64,000 nucleotides of DNA, taken from NCBI GenBank assembly GCA_977017645.1, contig OZ360225.1, positions 111,600,001 to 111,664,000 of the forward strand, written 5' to 3'. Below, in pieces: positions 11,806-25,478 of the stretch. The position numbers and the translations under genes were made by a program. Source of the stretch: Torpedo marmorata (Eukaryota). The notes below the pieces were generated by a model. That model was given only the letters and a program-made list of their open reading frames with translations. It made no database searches and was not told where the DNA came from. Position 1 is the stretch's first letter. The number at the start of each line of letters is the position of its first letter.

Positions 11806-14589
11806 ATTATCGATGTCTATATATGCTATTGCCAGCATTATGTTTGCAAATAATGACAGGTATTATTTTTAAGATAATATATTTCATATATTTAATTGCC
11901 CATTTGCACCTGTCCACCGTGCAACTGGATTATCAGCGGGAGACTTCCTCGGAATTTAAAACTACGTTCTCATCTATCTTGAATCTTTAAATCCACGATC
12001 CCTGACATCTAAATGAAGACAACGACTTTCCCATTGGTAAATGAGGGGTTTTCCCTCTTTAGTCAAAAGTTAAGAACGCTTAAATAAATATGGTTATTAA
12101 TTATATGAAACGAATGATTATTGTAAACGTTTATATTGTCCTTTGCAACAAAGTGAATTCAAAATACATACTTGTTCCTATCGACATGATCTCGGTACTA
12201 AAACGCCATTGTAATTCATGCTTCAGGCTCCCAAATCCTTGTTAGCATTTAAAATAGGTAAGGAAGTTTCCACTGTTTTACCTACGCAATAGCCTGAAAA
12301 TAATTCAACTGACTCAACTCTTGTGGAGAAATCAACAACAAATGTGCTACTCGGCAAACTCCACCGCATCTCAAAAATTTGCACAGTGTAATATTTGCGT
12401 TTTACTTTCATTCATTTAATTGAATTATTAAGATGGAAAGTTACGAAAGTAATGCCCATTTTGCTCTGAAATCACACCTAAAAATCCCCCCCTTGTTATT
12501 CTCTCAGGGTAAAACCTAATAATGTTTTAGCTTAATAAAAATATTCGTTTTTATCTGCAAAATAGAATACATTAGGACTCGTAATATGATTTATTAAAGG
12601 GCAATGAAATTTCCAAAAAAATTTAAACGAGATTTATTTCAAGTTTGCAGGAGTTTAGGTGAACTGCATACACGGGAATTAAATCGTTCCAGTCTATCGT
12701 GTGTATACATTTAAGAAATTGATTTATCCATTTTGGACTTTATATTAAACTGCCATTTACCTACTCTGGACTAATGTATTACTTTTGTTAACATTCAAGC
12801 ATGAGATTCGTAGATCGAATATTTTGTCGTATGCCGCCTCAAGGCTGAATCTTAACCCTTAAGTGGACAACACAGAAATTATCAAACGTTTTTAAATGAC
12901 GCGCCTGTAACTGGATGAAACAAAAACAAAGGAAATTAACAGATTTCGATATTTATTTTTATTATCTAAAATTTCAATAAGATACTCTTAAATTGTAGCC
13001 ATTCCCAACTGCATTACACTCTGATCTCTCAAATATTTCGGTCATTTGGACATATTTTTGGCCAACCACGATTTTCATTTAATCTGCATTAACACTTAGA
13101 TCAAAGTTTTGATTATGTTTTGTATCAACAAGTGAAGTATAACATAAACATGCTGTATAATGACGCCAAATGAAATAAATGTACAGTCTATGTTCTTTGA
13201 ACTGACAATGCTTGGTGGACTGGAGATCCCACCAGGCATTGCAGTTCTAATTATAAAGAACGCAAATTACCATTTGAGGGGGAAGGGAAAATCAAAAATT
13301 GCTTTTGATTTAACCAAATCGAAGGTGAAAACTGAACCCCTTTGGATAAATAATGATTTTATATCATTAAGTGCGTTGTACTACCCCTATCTACATTCCA
13401 CAGATTAGACAAAGGTTTGGAGCTGCATTCGTACAAATTGCTACTCTTCCTATCCTATTCTTCGCTCTAATGTTGCCAAACACGTTGACACTAAACTCCA
13501 GTCGTAGTTGTGAACACTAATGAGGACCGGGTTAATAAATAAATCAGTACAAGGTGACAGCGCTGAAGACGGAACTCAGAACAGCAAAGTCACAGCAGCT
13601 GCTGCGAGAGAGGAGACACTGACTTCGGTGAAGCAAGCACAAATGTTGAAAGATTTTTTTATGCTTTGAGTAGTTACTGTTAAGTCATACACAACATTTC
13701 TATTACCCTTCTAGGGTGCAAAGTCCAGTGAAAACGAGACTGGAATGAAAAGCAAACCAAGCATATTTTTCCAGCTATTATTTAAAGTTGTTCATAAAAT
13801 ATCACAATACACATGAGGAAATCTTTATAGTTAACTTACTTCCTCCATTAAAGTTACTTCTAAAAAGTTTAGAAGAGAAAAGCAGGGTAGGGAAATGTAT
13901 TTTTACTTCCTTAAATGAGTTATATGTTGTGCATTTCATGTTCCTTGGAGGCTGAAGCAAGAAGGAGTTTCATTGCATCTGTACATTGTATATGACGATA
14001 AATTTCATTCATTCATTATTGCAGATGATAATAAATAATTGATTACATAAAAGTTACTGTTAGCTTCATCCACATTTCTCCGTGTTCATTGAGACTAACC
14101 CCCAGAATACAGTCTGTCATAGTAAATATTTACATTGATCTGAATATGCTTCTCTAGCTGTAATGTAAACCAGACCAAAAATATGAACACTCTTTATTGG
14201 GAATATGCACATGGGTTCTAAAGAGATATGAAACAGAGCTCATACATTATTTCCCACTTCACATTTCAGGTGCAGATCCAAATACTTTATTATATATATC
14301 TAGACAAAACATAAAGCTTTACTTAATATCCTTTCTTGATAATCCTGTCACCTACAAACCAGAAACCATTGTGCCAACAACAGAGAAGGTGCAAAAAAAT
14401 CCTTGTATGCATATTGTGGCTTTCTGGCCTAAGGTCATCCTAAATGTTTTGCAACCGAACAAGCCTTTGATGCGTAATCATTGTCATAAAAAACACAATC
14501 ACCTGTTTGTAAGCAGTGAGTTCTCACAGAAAGCAATGTATTAAAGGCATGATCATCTATTTTGAGGGTTTCAGGAATTGCGAATGAGG

Positions 14590-14835
14590 GGATAATATTC
14601 CACAAAGACCTGGGATAACTCCCCTGCTGTTCTTCAAAATAGCACCATAAGATCTTTTTACATTCACTGATAAAACAGATGGGGCTTTTCTGTAAGGTCA
14701 TATTTGAAAGACTGCAACTTTGTTAATGCAGCACTCTCCTGGTGCTGCAATGGTGCATCAGCCTAGTATTTCAAGTTCAAGTTCAAGTTGAATTTGTGCT
14801 CAACACATGAACCTTAGAATCAGAGGTGAGACTGT
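14590..14835 (-). mobile_element. Deu-domain SINE remnant
   Basis: GGGATAACTCCCCTGCTGTTCTTCAAAATAGCACCATAAGATCTTTTTACATTCAC...GCAGCACTCTCC is the reverse complement of the Deu core. Confidence 0.75.
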
Positions 14836-17594
14836 TGCATGCAAATTCTTCAGGGCTCTTTACTAAAGAGGCACATGTATGATAAACATGTGTGAAATTG
14901 GCTCCATTGAAAAGCAGAAATTGTTTACTTGTGCTCTCAGCTACTAAACAATCTCCTCCAAACTAAACTGTAGATTAAACCTTAGTTTTAACTGTCTCAT
15001 CCAGCAAATTTGACATTTTTTCTTTTGAATTGTGGAAAATGAATGAAACACATTTAAAGAAAGTTAAAATATATGCACTTTATAAATTTCCACCTGAAAT
15101 ATTCTCATCAGTTTGCAGTTTACATTCCTGCAGGCTCAAGGTAAATTCCAAAGGGTAGATAGGTGAATGCAGGCTACACCTCAAACTATTGTCTTGATTT
15201 GTATATTTTGTTTTAACTATGGCCAATGCTGTTCCAACCAGTGGATCAAACCTACGGTAATTCCAAATACTAGCATCCCTCCCCATAGAGTACATTCAGA
15301 CTACTTTTTAAAGACTAATTTCATGACAGGAAGTATGCAGAACGCATTTCAAACAATATATAGATTGAGTCACAACAAGGTATCCAAGATCAAATGAGTA
15401 ACTACTAATATTTTGATTCCTCTTAAAACACAAAATTTTAGTTGCCTACTGAAGTGAACAAATCATTTAATCTTACTCAATCCATATCCCTTGGTAAAAT
15501 AATTATAGTCTCTTATTTTTCTATTCTTTAAAGCAACTATGTCTTTACATTTCATGAAAGTTTAATCAACATTAAATAAACCTTAACTTCAATAATTTCA
15601 CCTTTAGTATTTTATCAACATTTCTAACCTCACTATCCCTTTTGAATTTAAAATGTGGCTGGTTTATCTTCTCCATGTCCAAAATTGTTTCAAAAATGGT
15701 CTCCCCTGGTCTAAAGTCCACAATATCACCTTGTTTAATGACCACTCATGCTTTACAAAGATAAACATGCTCAAGATTTGAATACTCCACTCTTATCCAA
15801 GGATACTTAAGTAAGACTGCTATATATGACATAAAAGAATGTATTGTTTGATAAGTGAGGCTTATTTCACTTTAAGCTTCACACTATTCTTTCCATCTAG
15901 TTTTTCTTAATTACAATTAAGAAATTATAACTGACTATGAATATCATACTGACTATGATATTTTCATTTAATTCCTTATCTTGTCAGTATTCCATTCCAC
16001 ACATTCCTTACAGTTTCATCTAGCTGAAATCAAAATTCTTCCCTCTGCCTCCTACATTTACTTTCTTCTCTCAATAATCAACCTATGAGCTCCCTGCCTC
16101 CTTTTAGTTTGAACTTTTGCTTTCAACATTCAGATCATTAAAAATTAAACATCAAATATTTGATTGATACTTCTTGAACAATTTCTCTACTTATTCAACT
16201 GTTAAAGTTGCTCACTTTTACTACCATTTCACTTTGTGCTTCAACTTTAAAAGTAGGTATTTATATTGTGCCCATAAACTAAAATGGCCAAACAATTAAA
16301 ATTTGCACCTCAGACACTAATGCTTTCTAGTTTTTTTTAATTACAGCCTATTATTTTCATCCTTGCATTACACATACATTTTCACTGTTTGACTGCTTCA
16401 CAGTATACATAAAATAGAAAGTTTTTGGATTTATATCACACCTTATCACATTTTTATATGAAAGCATCAATTTCCTTGCGGACATAAAAACAAGGTTGAG
16501 TTACCTGAAGGAAATGCAATTATTTACACATAACTTGGTCCTACAAATAACAAAGAGGCAGACAACAGTATAACAGTATGGTTGTTTAATCAATAGAGGG
16601 ATACTGACCTGGACACCAGAGTGGGGGTGGGGAAGAGGTTGGGAAATGTTTTTCTGTGGCAACAATGGAAGGAAATTTGGTCTTAACTAAACATCACATT
16701 ATCAAGGAAAATCGTAGATTATCCAAAATATTGTACTACTTGCAATCTATTTCAGCATTCTGATCCTGGGTTGGCATTTGAACCTACCATCTTCATTGCA
16801 GCAACATTAACAGCACCAGCCTTGATGTAAGAGGTTTGTGTCTAGTCAAGGACAAAAGGAATGTCCTTCCAGATCCAAAACTAACATCTCAAATAATGCT
16901 TCCATTATCACCTGTACCCCCAGTCCAGGTCGAATCACAAATAGAATTTTTCCTCGCATTGTTGACTAAGCAACATGTGTAAACCAGGCCAATATATACA
17001 TTTCCAATTCCTTCTCAGAAGCTTCTGAAAGACTCTCACCTGATCAACCTGCAGTTAAAGCTTAAACCCAATTTAAGTAAAATGAGATGTACAGCATTAG
17101 ACCCCACTGCTGCTTTGGCAACTTCTGTATTGACAGTATCTACCCTGATTCTCCAGACCTTAAAATATTTGATGTGCACAGTGAGCAACATATTTTACAA
17201 TCTCAACTTCAATGTAAAATTATCACAATTCTGAACCATATTTCCTTCCTTCCAGAATACACCAGGGAGAAGGCTACAATTTGAAGTCAGTTTCGTTCCT
17301 ATGGAATAACTTTATAGACAAAAATACAACCATTTAGCCATAACATAATTATTGTAGCTTTCTTAAAATATTAGCTATTTTTATTTCTAAGTAAAATTGA
17401 ATTGGAAGATTGGTTTTTATATTTGCTTTCTTATTATTTATTGAACAAAATAATTTATTCACAGTTTCTTTGTGAAACAATTGAAGGAAGATGCAGATTT
17501 GAATTCAGCATTAAAATCCAATTGTTTCCTTGTAACAATTAAAGAATTTCAGGTTGAAATGCTGTTTATTGTATTATTTTTTGATTATTGTATT

Positions 17595-17735
17595 TGATCC
17601 AGATGGTGGGTCAGCTGCATTCATAACGCCTGTCAATCAGTCAGCAGGTCAAGTCCGCTGCAGTAAATTAAGGATTTTGTACAAACAGGCAAGATCGCCC
17701 GCGCGCATTGAAAGTAATCATATTTGGAGGTACAA
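17595..17735. promoter_or_regulatory. Candidate neural enhancer (PBX-MEIS decamer plus bHLH E-boxes)
   Basis: CAGATGG at 17600, CAGCTG at 17612, CTGTCAATCA (= TGATTGACAG) at 17630-17639, and homeobox TAAT/ATTA cores, at the left edge of the CpG-rich domain. Confidence 0.4.
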
Positions 17736-20700
17736 TCTACGTTTCTATCTGTTCATTTTTATCAAGTCCTATAAGACGCTGGTGATTCTTGCACTCTTTT
17801 GTCCAACGATTCATGTATTTTTTTCAAGTGATATTTTCGAAGGGAATATCTACCAGTCAGATTAAAAAAAACCTGCATGCTGCATAGTAATTCACATCCT
17901 TTTTTACAAATCCATCTTCCCTGGCAATAGCTTTTCCCAAAAAAATCTCGATACTATAGAAACGACGGCGCCCACTCAATGTGACCTGTCAGATGCTGTC
18001 GTCACCTAGAGATTTTCGCAGAATATGAGTCAATTCCAAAGATCGAGCTGAAGTTGTGAAATTGATCAATGAAACTATGAGTATTAACAAAATAATCTTT
18101 GGAACTTATTCTAAATCTCAAAATGCAAAATTCAAGATGCAAAACTGAATTCAAGATTCCTATTAACATTTTGGGCTCGTGTTTATGTTCGTGTCAGTTG
18201 CCCCACTGTTTATCAACAACGTAATCATTAGATCATGCAGTTCATGTTTTGCTATGTGACCTAGTATCTTACCTGAAATCATTTCCCACATTAACTCCAG
18301 CGAGGGGACAGGATACTGACTGCCCACTCGCCGTCCAGTGCAGAAGTTGCAACGTCAAACAAACTTTCGTCGGATAATAGCTCTTGCAGCTGAAGTGCCT
18401 ATAGAAGTTCTCCCTTTCTTGTTTTTCAATGAGGCCTGTGGTCAGTACTGATTAATAACTTTTTTCTCTCTCTCTGTTGTGAAGTGCAGGCCCTTTGCAG
18501 AACAATAGGAGTGCCCTGTGACCAAGAAAAGACTCGACCTTGTGCTATTTCATTGTGTGAAGCTGAGAAAGGTCTTTTGGGGAGAGACCCAAAGCACTGA
18601 CCCGCATTATCTCCCGCAGACACTTCATTCACACAGCTCGACTTGCAGTCGCCCGAAACCCTATTGTTTCATCACAACAATGTATAGATTTTTTGCTATA
18701 AAGTAAACCTTACAAACTCAAAAACCGTGGTTTATTATAACGAATGTGGTACGTCATAGCACATACCTTGTTTTAGTTTCCATTTATACCTTTGAAAAGG
18801 GCAGCTGTTTTCTTTATAAATTTGCCTATTATTAGTTATTTTAATATATGTTTTACCTTTTGGATACAATTATTTTAGATTTTCTGCAGGAATAATTTTA
18901 AGTGATCCCCAGGAAAGGTTAAAAAATACATATTCTAAAAGGCAAGATCTTTTTTTAAGTTGCATTCATCATCAGTCCATAATATATTTCCGCATGTAAA
19001 TTGGATTCAATGGGGCAAATTTACTAATGGTATGATACACTTCCTGAATATGTATATTGCCAGTAAGTAACACGTAGCTGACCATCGTTTTATTCAATAA
19101 TCTGATATTTCGATTTTGGGTTAGTTGAATTTGGTTTGACAACGCGTTAAACGGAAACGTGTTACATTTGGAACACAGCGCATCTTTTCTGTTTGTTTTT
19201 TTTATAAACTTTCATAAGGTTACCGATACCACGATCAACGGGGTCCAAATTGACCAATGGCTCTTCATAACAGCTTGATGTTCACACCTCTGGTTTAAGA
19301 CTATGAACCTTAATTGGACGTCATGCAATTCAGGCTTGTAAAACGGATTGAACAAAGTTATCCAAGACACATTCCTAAATATTAAAGATATTACATCATG
19401 ATTCCTTACGTAATATATAAAAATGTTGTATTTTTTTAAAAAAAGCAACCCGTTGAAATTGTATTGACGTAGAATGTTAGGACTAAGCCGAATATTATGA
19501 AAATGCCGAACTCCCTTTTGTAGTTCAAAATATCATTGTTATGCCATTGAAAAATAGCATTTGGAAGCACACTCAATGTAACTATTTCACACTACTGTTG
19601 AAACTGGACGCAAGCTACCATAGTTAAATGTTCTGATTACGTCCTGTATGTATTTTAAAACATAGTGGCTTAATCTCTTGCACACAATCCGCAGTGTGAA
19701 CATGTCAAAGTAAACAGTAAGAAAATATATTGGTTTGTACGACATTAAAGTTTGTTACAAACAACAACGCAGTATAGGGGAATGCCTCAAAGATAATTAC
19801 TTACCTGACAGATATAATAAAGTTATGTGTTTGAGAAATCCACCAATATTTCTACGTATCTGTACATATTGCACGGCGCGTGTGTATCGCATGTATGTTC
19901 TACATACATTAAGCTTAGCTTTTACATCCTCGCTATTATTACATACCTTCGCCAGCTTCGGGGTTTTAAGGACGTTTGAGATGTCCTGCCCGAATATCAT
20001 GGAAATGCCAAAGGAAAGACATGCATTATGAATGCTAGGTAAATGCCAGACACACTACAGTTCAATATTCAGCGTTGTTTTCAATAAAATAGCCATGACA
20101 TAAAGGAAAATGTATATAATTACTATATAATTATATCTTAATTAATATTTCATTCAGTTGAGATTGGCTAATACCATTGTATTAATATAAGGCCACACTC
20201 AACTGTTCTGTACGCGTTCCCCGAAGGGTTTGACTTTTTAGCCTCAAACCCCTACTTGGAAACATTATTTTCATGCAGCCGACGGCCATGAGCAATGTTC
20301 GCTGCCGGGATCCTTAGGCACAGATTTCCAAATTAATTGAACAGAGATTCGTAGCATGACTGAATGGGGCCTATTATTATGCAGTATGGGTAGAGGAAAA
20401 TTGACATGTCAAAGATATACAATAAAAATGCAGCAGCATTGAAACCATTGCCGGTGACAAATTCTCAGTTTACGAACCTAGAAACAGGCATGGTGCTCGT
20501 TACGGGGTTATCGTGTGTATGAATACAATAATAATGGTGCAGTCTGTGAAGTCTCCGCACTTAGAGGTCATTTTGTTAAGGACGTCCTATTAAACCTTTG
20601 CGAAGAAAGACGATGACTGACTCTAGAGGGTAATACTATATTCTGAAATGATTTCCAAGCTCTGTTGAGGTAGCGTCATTCAGTCTACCGCCACCATCTG

Positions 20701-21504
20701 AAGCACTGTGAAGACCTTCTCAGCATCCGACGATGCAACGATTAAAATATAGAATGCAAATCTGTATAATAGTTTTAGATTAGAAATCGTACATTTCCTG
20801 TTAATAATCCAGCATTTGGAATAGCACCCCGATCTCGCCAGTACACAGATTAAGAATCATTTGACTAACCAGGTTTAACTCCGGAAAATGACCCGAGCCG
20901 GTCGAGTGATTTCTTTTAAAAAAAAAGGCAAAATCGTGTTACGAAACGGTGTATTATCAAATTGCTGGTTAACACATGGATGTTGATCAAAATACATTAA
21001 AGGCTAAAATATGACAGCTCGCATTGCTAATAATCATTTACTGTTTAAAAAGATGACTATTTCGGTTAAATTTTGATTTACATATATATTGGATCGTATT
21101 AATTCACCACCTAATTAAATCTAACAAAATAATAGAAATGTAAACATTGTTATTAATAAAATAGTGAATGTTGTGGGGGGAGGGGGTGGGTGGGTGGGGA
21201 GGTTTGTAACTGCATGGTTCTCAGTCTAAACTACCATCCGGTTTAACAAAACGTTAATTTTCTAACTCAGCTATGTATTCCCAATCCATTCACAGCCTTC
21301 ATTCCGTTTTGCCTGACTATAAGTTCACAATGGGTTGAATCTACGACGTGTTGTACAAGGAATTTTTTTTTTTGCTTTTCCTAAGCAAATTCCGCAATTA
21401 CACCTGGCAGAAAACATGCAAAAGTGTCTTTTTCATAGTGATGCTTCTGGTTCTTAAGTGCACAATGCGTGCAGTCAGTGCTCCTTTTCAGAGCCTATTG
21501 CGAA

Positions 21505-21600
21505 TACCCCGCCCAATGAAACTGCGCTGGGCTTTTCGTCAAATCAAATACACCCTTTGTTGCTGCTATAAAGTAAATGTATCGGGCATGATCTTCCAAT
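21505..21600 (+). promoter_or_regulatory. Candidate Pol II core promoter (GC box, CCAAT, TATA) for the miR-124 host transcript
   Basis: CCCCGCCC 21507-21514 overlaps CCAAT 21513-21517, and TATAAAG lies at 21567-21573 with classical spacing. Possible donor G|GTGAGA at 21871. Located 5.8 kb upstream of the hairpin on the same strand. Confidence 0.35.
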
Positions 21601-22710
21601 TATTATGAAACCTCCTTGTGGGCGAGATCCTTAACATTTGCTGTGTGGGCTGGAAAACTTGCACATTTAAATGAGTTTGAGGGACCGAGAAGTGTTTTAA
21701 AGTGTTCAAAGCCAGATGTCCAAACACAAAAGACGAAGCAGGGAAAGAGAGAAAGCAACCTAAGTGGGGGGAAAAATCCCTACATTCGGAATTGGAAAAT
21801 ACACATCAAGTCCGCTGAAGGCAGCAGGAGCCTGGGAGAGAGTGACTGATTTAACTCATTGTGATGCATGGTGAGACCTGCCCTCTTTTTGAGAGAGAGA
21901 AAAAAGGCATGCTTTACTGAGCTGGGAGCATCTGACTCAGAATGAGAGAATGCAATGCGCTCATCCCACTATTTCAACACCTCTTCCAGACTGCTGAAAA
22001 AATGCTTCGCCGCTGCAAGCCAACGTTTTTGTTACCATTGCCCCACGGTATGGATGTGCGACAAGTGCTGAACTGAAGAAGACGGTTTAATAAGACGACG
22101 TGGATTCAATTGCCAGGTGCGTGTTTCTGTCCTAAGCAATTCAGCAATGTGCGTGAGAGTTAGTTCTTTCATTTTCACCACTAGTTCACTCATATGTGCA
22201 AATGAGTGCTGTGTGCGATTTTCTCGTGAAAGGGAATAATTTCGGCACGGAGGGCGGGCGTTGCGCGAGAAGGTACGGCCCGCTCGGCGGGGAAATAATG
22301 GACCTCCCGCATATCTCCATCTCTGTTCACACAATGACTTCGAATTATTTTCGTGCTGCGTAGCTAAGATTGGAACATATATTCTTCTGACCTGATTATC
22401 TTCATATCTGACGTTGAGTTTATCCCATCCTTTGTGCACTCTCTCACTCCCACCCTCCCAATCCCACTTGTCTTCATCTTGACCTTGTCGAGTACGCGCC
22501 CCCACTACTCCTGTGGTCGGTCGGTGCATTCATTTGTTAAGGATTTATTTTGGTTTGAAACTATTTACTGAACGGAATAAGCCCTGTTTTCTTCAGAATT
22601 TGTTAGGTTTCATTCTTCTTGGGAATCACACTGCTTACTAGACGTACACTTAAATGAATAAACCTACCTCCGGAAAAATTCACAAGTAAAACATGCAAAT
22701 TGTCCTTGCT

Positions 22711-22731
22711 TTCTTTGTCTATAGTGCTGAA
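22711..22731 (-). promoter_or_regulatory. Degenerate RE1/NRSE (REST) site candidate
   Basis: The minus strand reads TTCAGCACTATAGACAAAGAA against consensus TTCAGCACCATGGACAGCGCC, with correct half-site spacing and several mismatches. Confidence 0.3.
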
Positions 22732-25470
22732 GCAATCGGAGCTGGCTCTTTTGAAAGAAAAAAATGGCGATTCCCATTGTAACTGGACTATTTTCTTCCG
22801 GTACAAGTACTTTCGTGAAGAAATTCTACAGAACCGGACTTCTTTTGATTATTCTTTTGTTCCCATCTCATTGTAGGTGAACACTTGAAGAAAGTGACAT
22901 TTCAATTGATTAAATATCATACAGCATTGCAATTAGACGTTACCTTCCTTTATATGTTCACTATCCTGTATTCGTATAATCGTCCTGTTTTGTTACTTGC
23001 CCCCCTTTCCACGACTTCTCTTTCCAGGATTGTCCTGTGTGTTTCCCTGTTTCCCATCAAATTAATGTCGAGAATTTTCCAATACTTCTCCACGAGAAGG
23101 CACATTTAGAATCCATAGTATAAAGGAAAAAAACCTATGGTGATGATGCTTAAATATTACCAAGCTTCAATGGCAATCTCCTCAGCTCTTTCTCTAATTA
23201 CTTTAATCAATTTTAAGGACGTATAAGGAATCTTAAAAGGTAATGTGTTTACTGAAAGTAGTTTTACCAACAAGAAACTAAAATTAATAAATTCTCGAAT
23301 CTAATCTGACTATATAATCAGATCTACCATTACCCTGTGCACTTCGTTTGTGCATTCATTAATAGATGTTAATTCCTAAATCTTCCAGTAAAATGATGAA
23401 AGATGGTTTTTTTAATTAATTAAGTCGCCGTTAAGGCTTTATTTAACAATAGATACTTTGATGAAATAGACCATTTGAAAACTTAGATTGCAACGTTTAG
23501 TTTTTTGAATTAGGCTATACTATACATTACGGATGGCGTATAATCGGTATATCGTACAACATCAAAATATTGTAGCTGATTATTCTGAGGGGATAAAGTC
23601 ATCTGCAAAAACAAAGTTTCAGGTGTAATGTGATTATGATCATCAGCTTCTTTTTCAAGACCATGGAGAGCGATCTGGTTATGTTTTTTTTAATGTTAAA
23701 TTGACAATGCAGTCACAACTGGGCATAAAAAAAACATGAACCGATTTAGACTTTTATCATACGAATAATTTGATTGTTTTAAACGATCTACCAACACAAT
23801 TTGTCTGATTATAGATTTACATGCGCATAACCGAAATTAATGCATCGTATGTAGACGTGAATTTTTCCTGATGCATACTCTGTGTGTGTTTTAGTGGAAT
23901 CACGGCGCTTTGCACATCGTGGGCCTCCCATTTTGGACCTATTTGTCCTCGCCGACTCAGTATATTTCTATAGAGCTCTCTCTACTCGTACTCCGGGAGT
24001 CAGGAAAGACTGTGTACACTAAGCCCACCCACAGCAATCAAACCCGCCGCCACCTCCGCATTCCCTTAACCATCAACACTTTCACAGCGAAAGTCTGCCT
24101 CTACTAATTGAATCGGTCTGCATCAGGGGCAGGGTCTGACGCATTACATAATTCAAGAAATGGAAAAACAATTCTGCATTAACTGGATCAATCAAACGGT
24201 TGCCACTTCTCAAATGGGTACGCGTGTTGTGGATCTGCATTGTAGTGCGCCTTATGTTGTCTGTGCGCGTTTTGTGTATTTGCTGTTTGCATGTATTGGA
24301 GTGCAAAAGAGTCTCTGGTTGAAGTGTGTATTTAGAAGGAACATCCTTTTCGAGGAGAATCGGGTGAAATGTCACGATTATATGAATGCATTCTGGAACT
24401 GTGTGCAAATATTAACGGAAGGCCGTGTTCTGCTTGAACATTAGTATTGTTATTAACTGCATTTTGTGCCTTAAGCAGTCTTTCAGTGCCATCAGGCGTC
24501 GAAATCTCGATAGAGAGGATAACGCGAGCACGGGGGTAATCTGGGTTTCCCGTGTAAATTCCGCAGGATAACATTGATAACCCATAAACTAGTCGTAGCT
24601 CCCTTAGACTAATTGTGCCGACAGTCCATGTAGATGTCCTACATTTCTCTGGACTGGGATGAAGTTGGAAGCAACTTTATGAAATTGCTTCACAAGAGTG
24701 CAGAGCTGTAATGGAATAGCTTGAGTTCAACACTCCATAGGTCGCCACTATTTCTTTGCGAATGTTTTTTTTTGGTTTTAAACAAAAGAATTGCTTGTGT
24801 TTTACTGACAGCGTCAAAAAGTAGGGCGGCTAAGTGAGGTTTCTTAGCCTGTTCCTAAGTACTCCTCTTGTATAATGTTACTCAACAGTTTTCAATAGTA
24901 ACCCAAGTGCTTCATTATTCACCTTATTCTGAAGGAGCTTGGATTTTAATGCCTCTCCTAACAACAGCCCTTCCCCGCTCCAGATAAGGGTGATATTTCT
25001 TAAACAAGCAGTAGATATGGCGGTTGGCGGTGGAGGTTCATATGGGGTTGAAGCTGAGTGGGCAGGCGTGTAAACATATATACACAATAAACAAATATTC
25101 GAAAATATTCATTATTTGCCAATGGCCTCAGTCCTAGAGGGAGGACGTATGGGTGACCTTGAAGGGGTAAGGGGCAAGAAAATCGTATCAGCGGTCGCTG
25201 GAGACAGGAGACACCTACAATTTAAACCCCGATTTGCATAGGAATCTCCTTCGCTGCCCTTGCATTGAATTTCAAAGGGAGAAAATGATTCAGAATGTAA
25301 ATCACTTTCCCTCGAAGAGTGTAAGTAGCACGGTGGTGTTTTCTTCCAGAGATGACTAGGTGGGTGCTGCCGTTCCCACTGGGGCGATGATGCTGAGATC
25401 CGCAGCCTATCCATACTCCCAAGGACATGGAGATGATCAGGAGTTTGGGAGCCAACATCTGCCTGCCCGG

Positions 25471-25478
25471 TGACGTCA
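25471..25478. promoter_or_regulatory. Full palindromic CRE in a GC-rich promoter-like patch
   Basis: TGACGTCA at 25471-25478, next to E-box CATCTG at ~25456, 1.9 kb upstream of the hairpin. Confidence 0.5.

Noticed and set aside
13556-13640. Exon-like GC-balanced stretch (DSAEDGTQNSKVTAAAAREE)
   Set aside because: No pyrimidine-tract acceptor, weak donor and no recognisable protein.
15440-16330. Possible ancient L2/CR1 remnant (also ~63300-63850)
   Set aside because: Too decayed to support boundaries or family by eye.
22032-22529. 165-aa minus-strand ORF in the CpG-rich domain
   Set aside because: No recognisable domain. Open frames of this length are expected in GC-rich promoter-like sequence.
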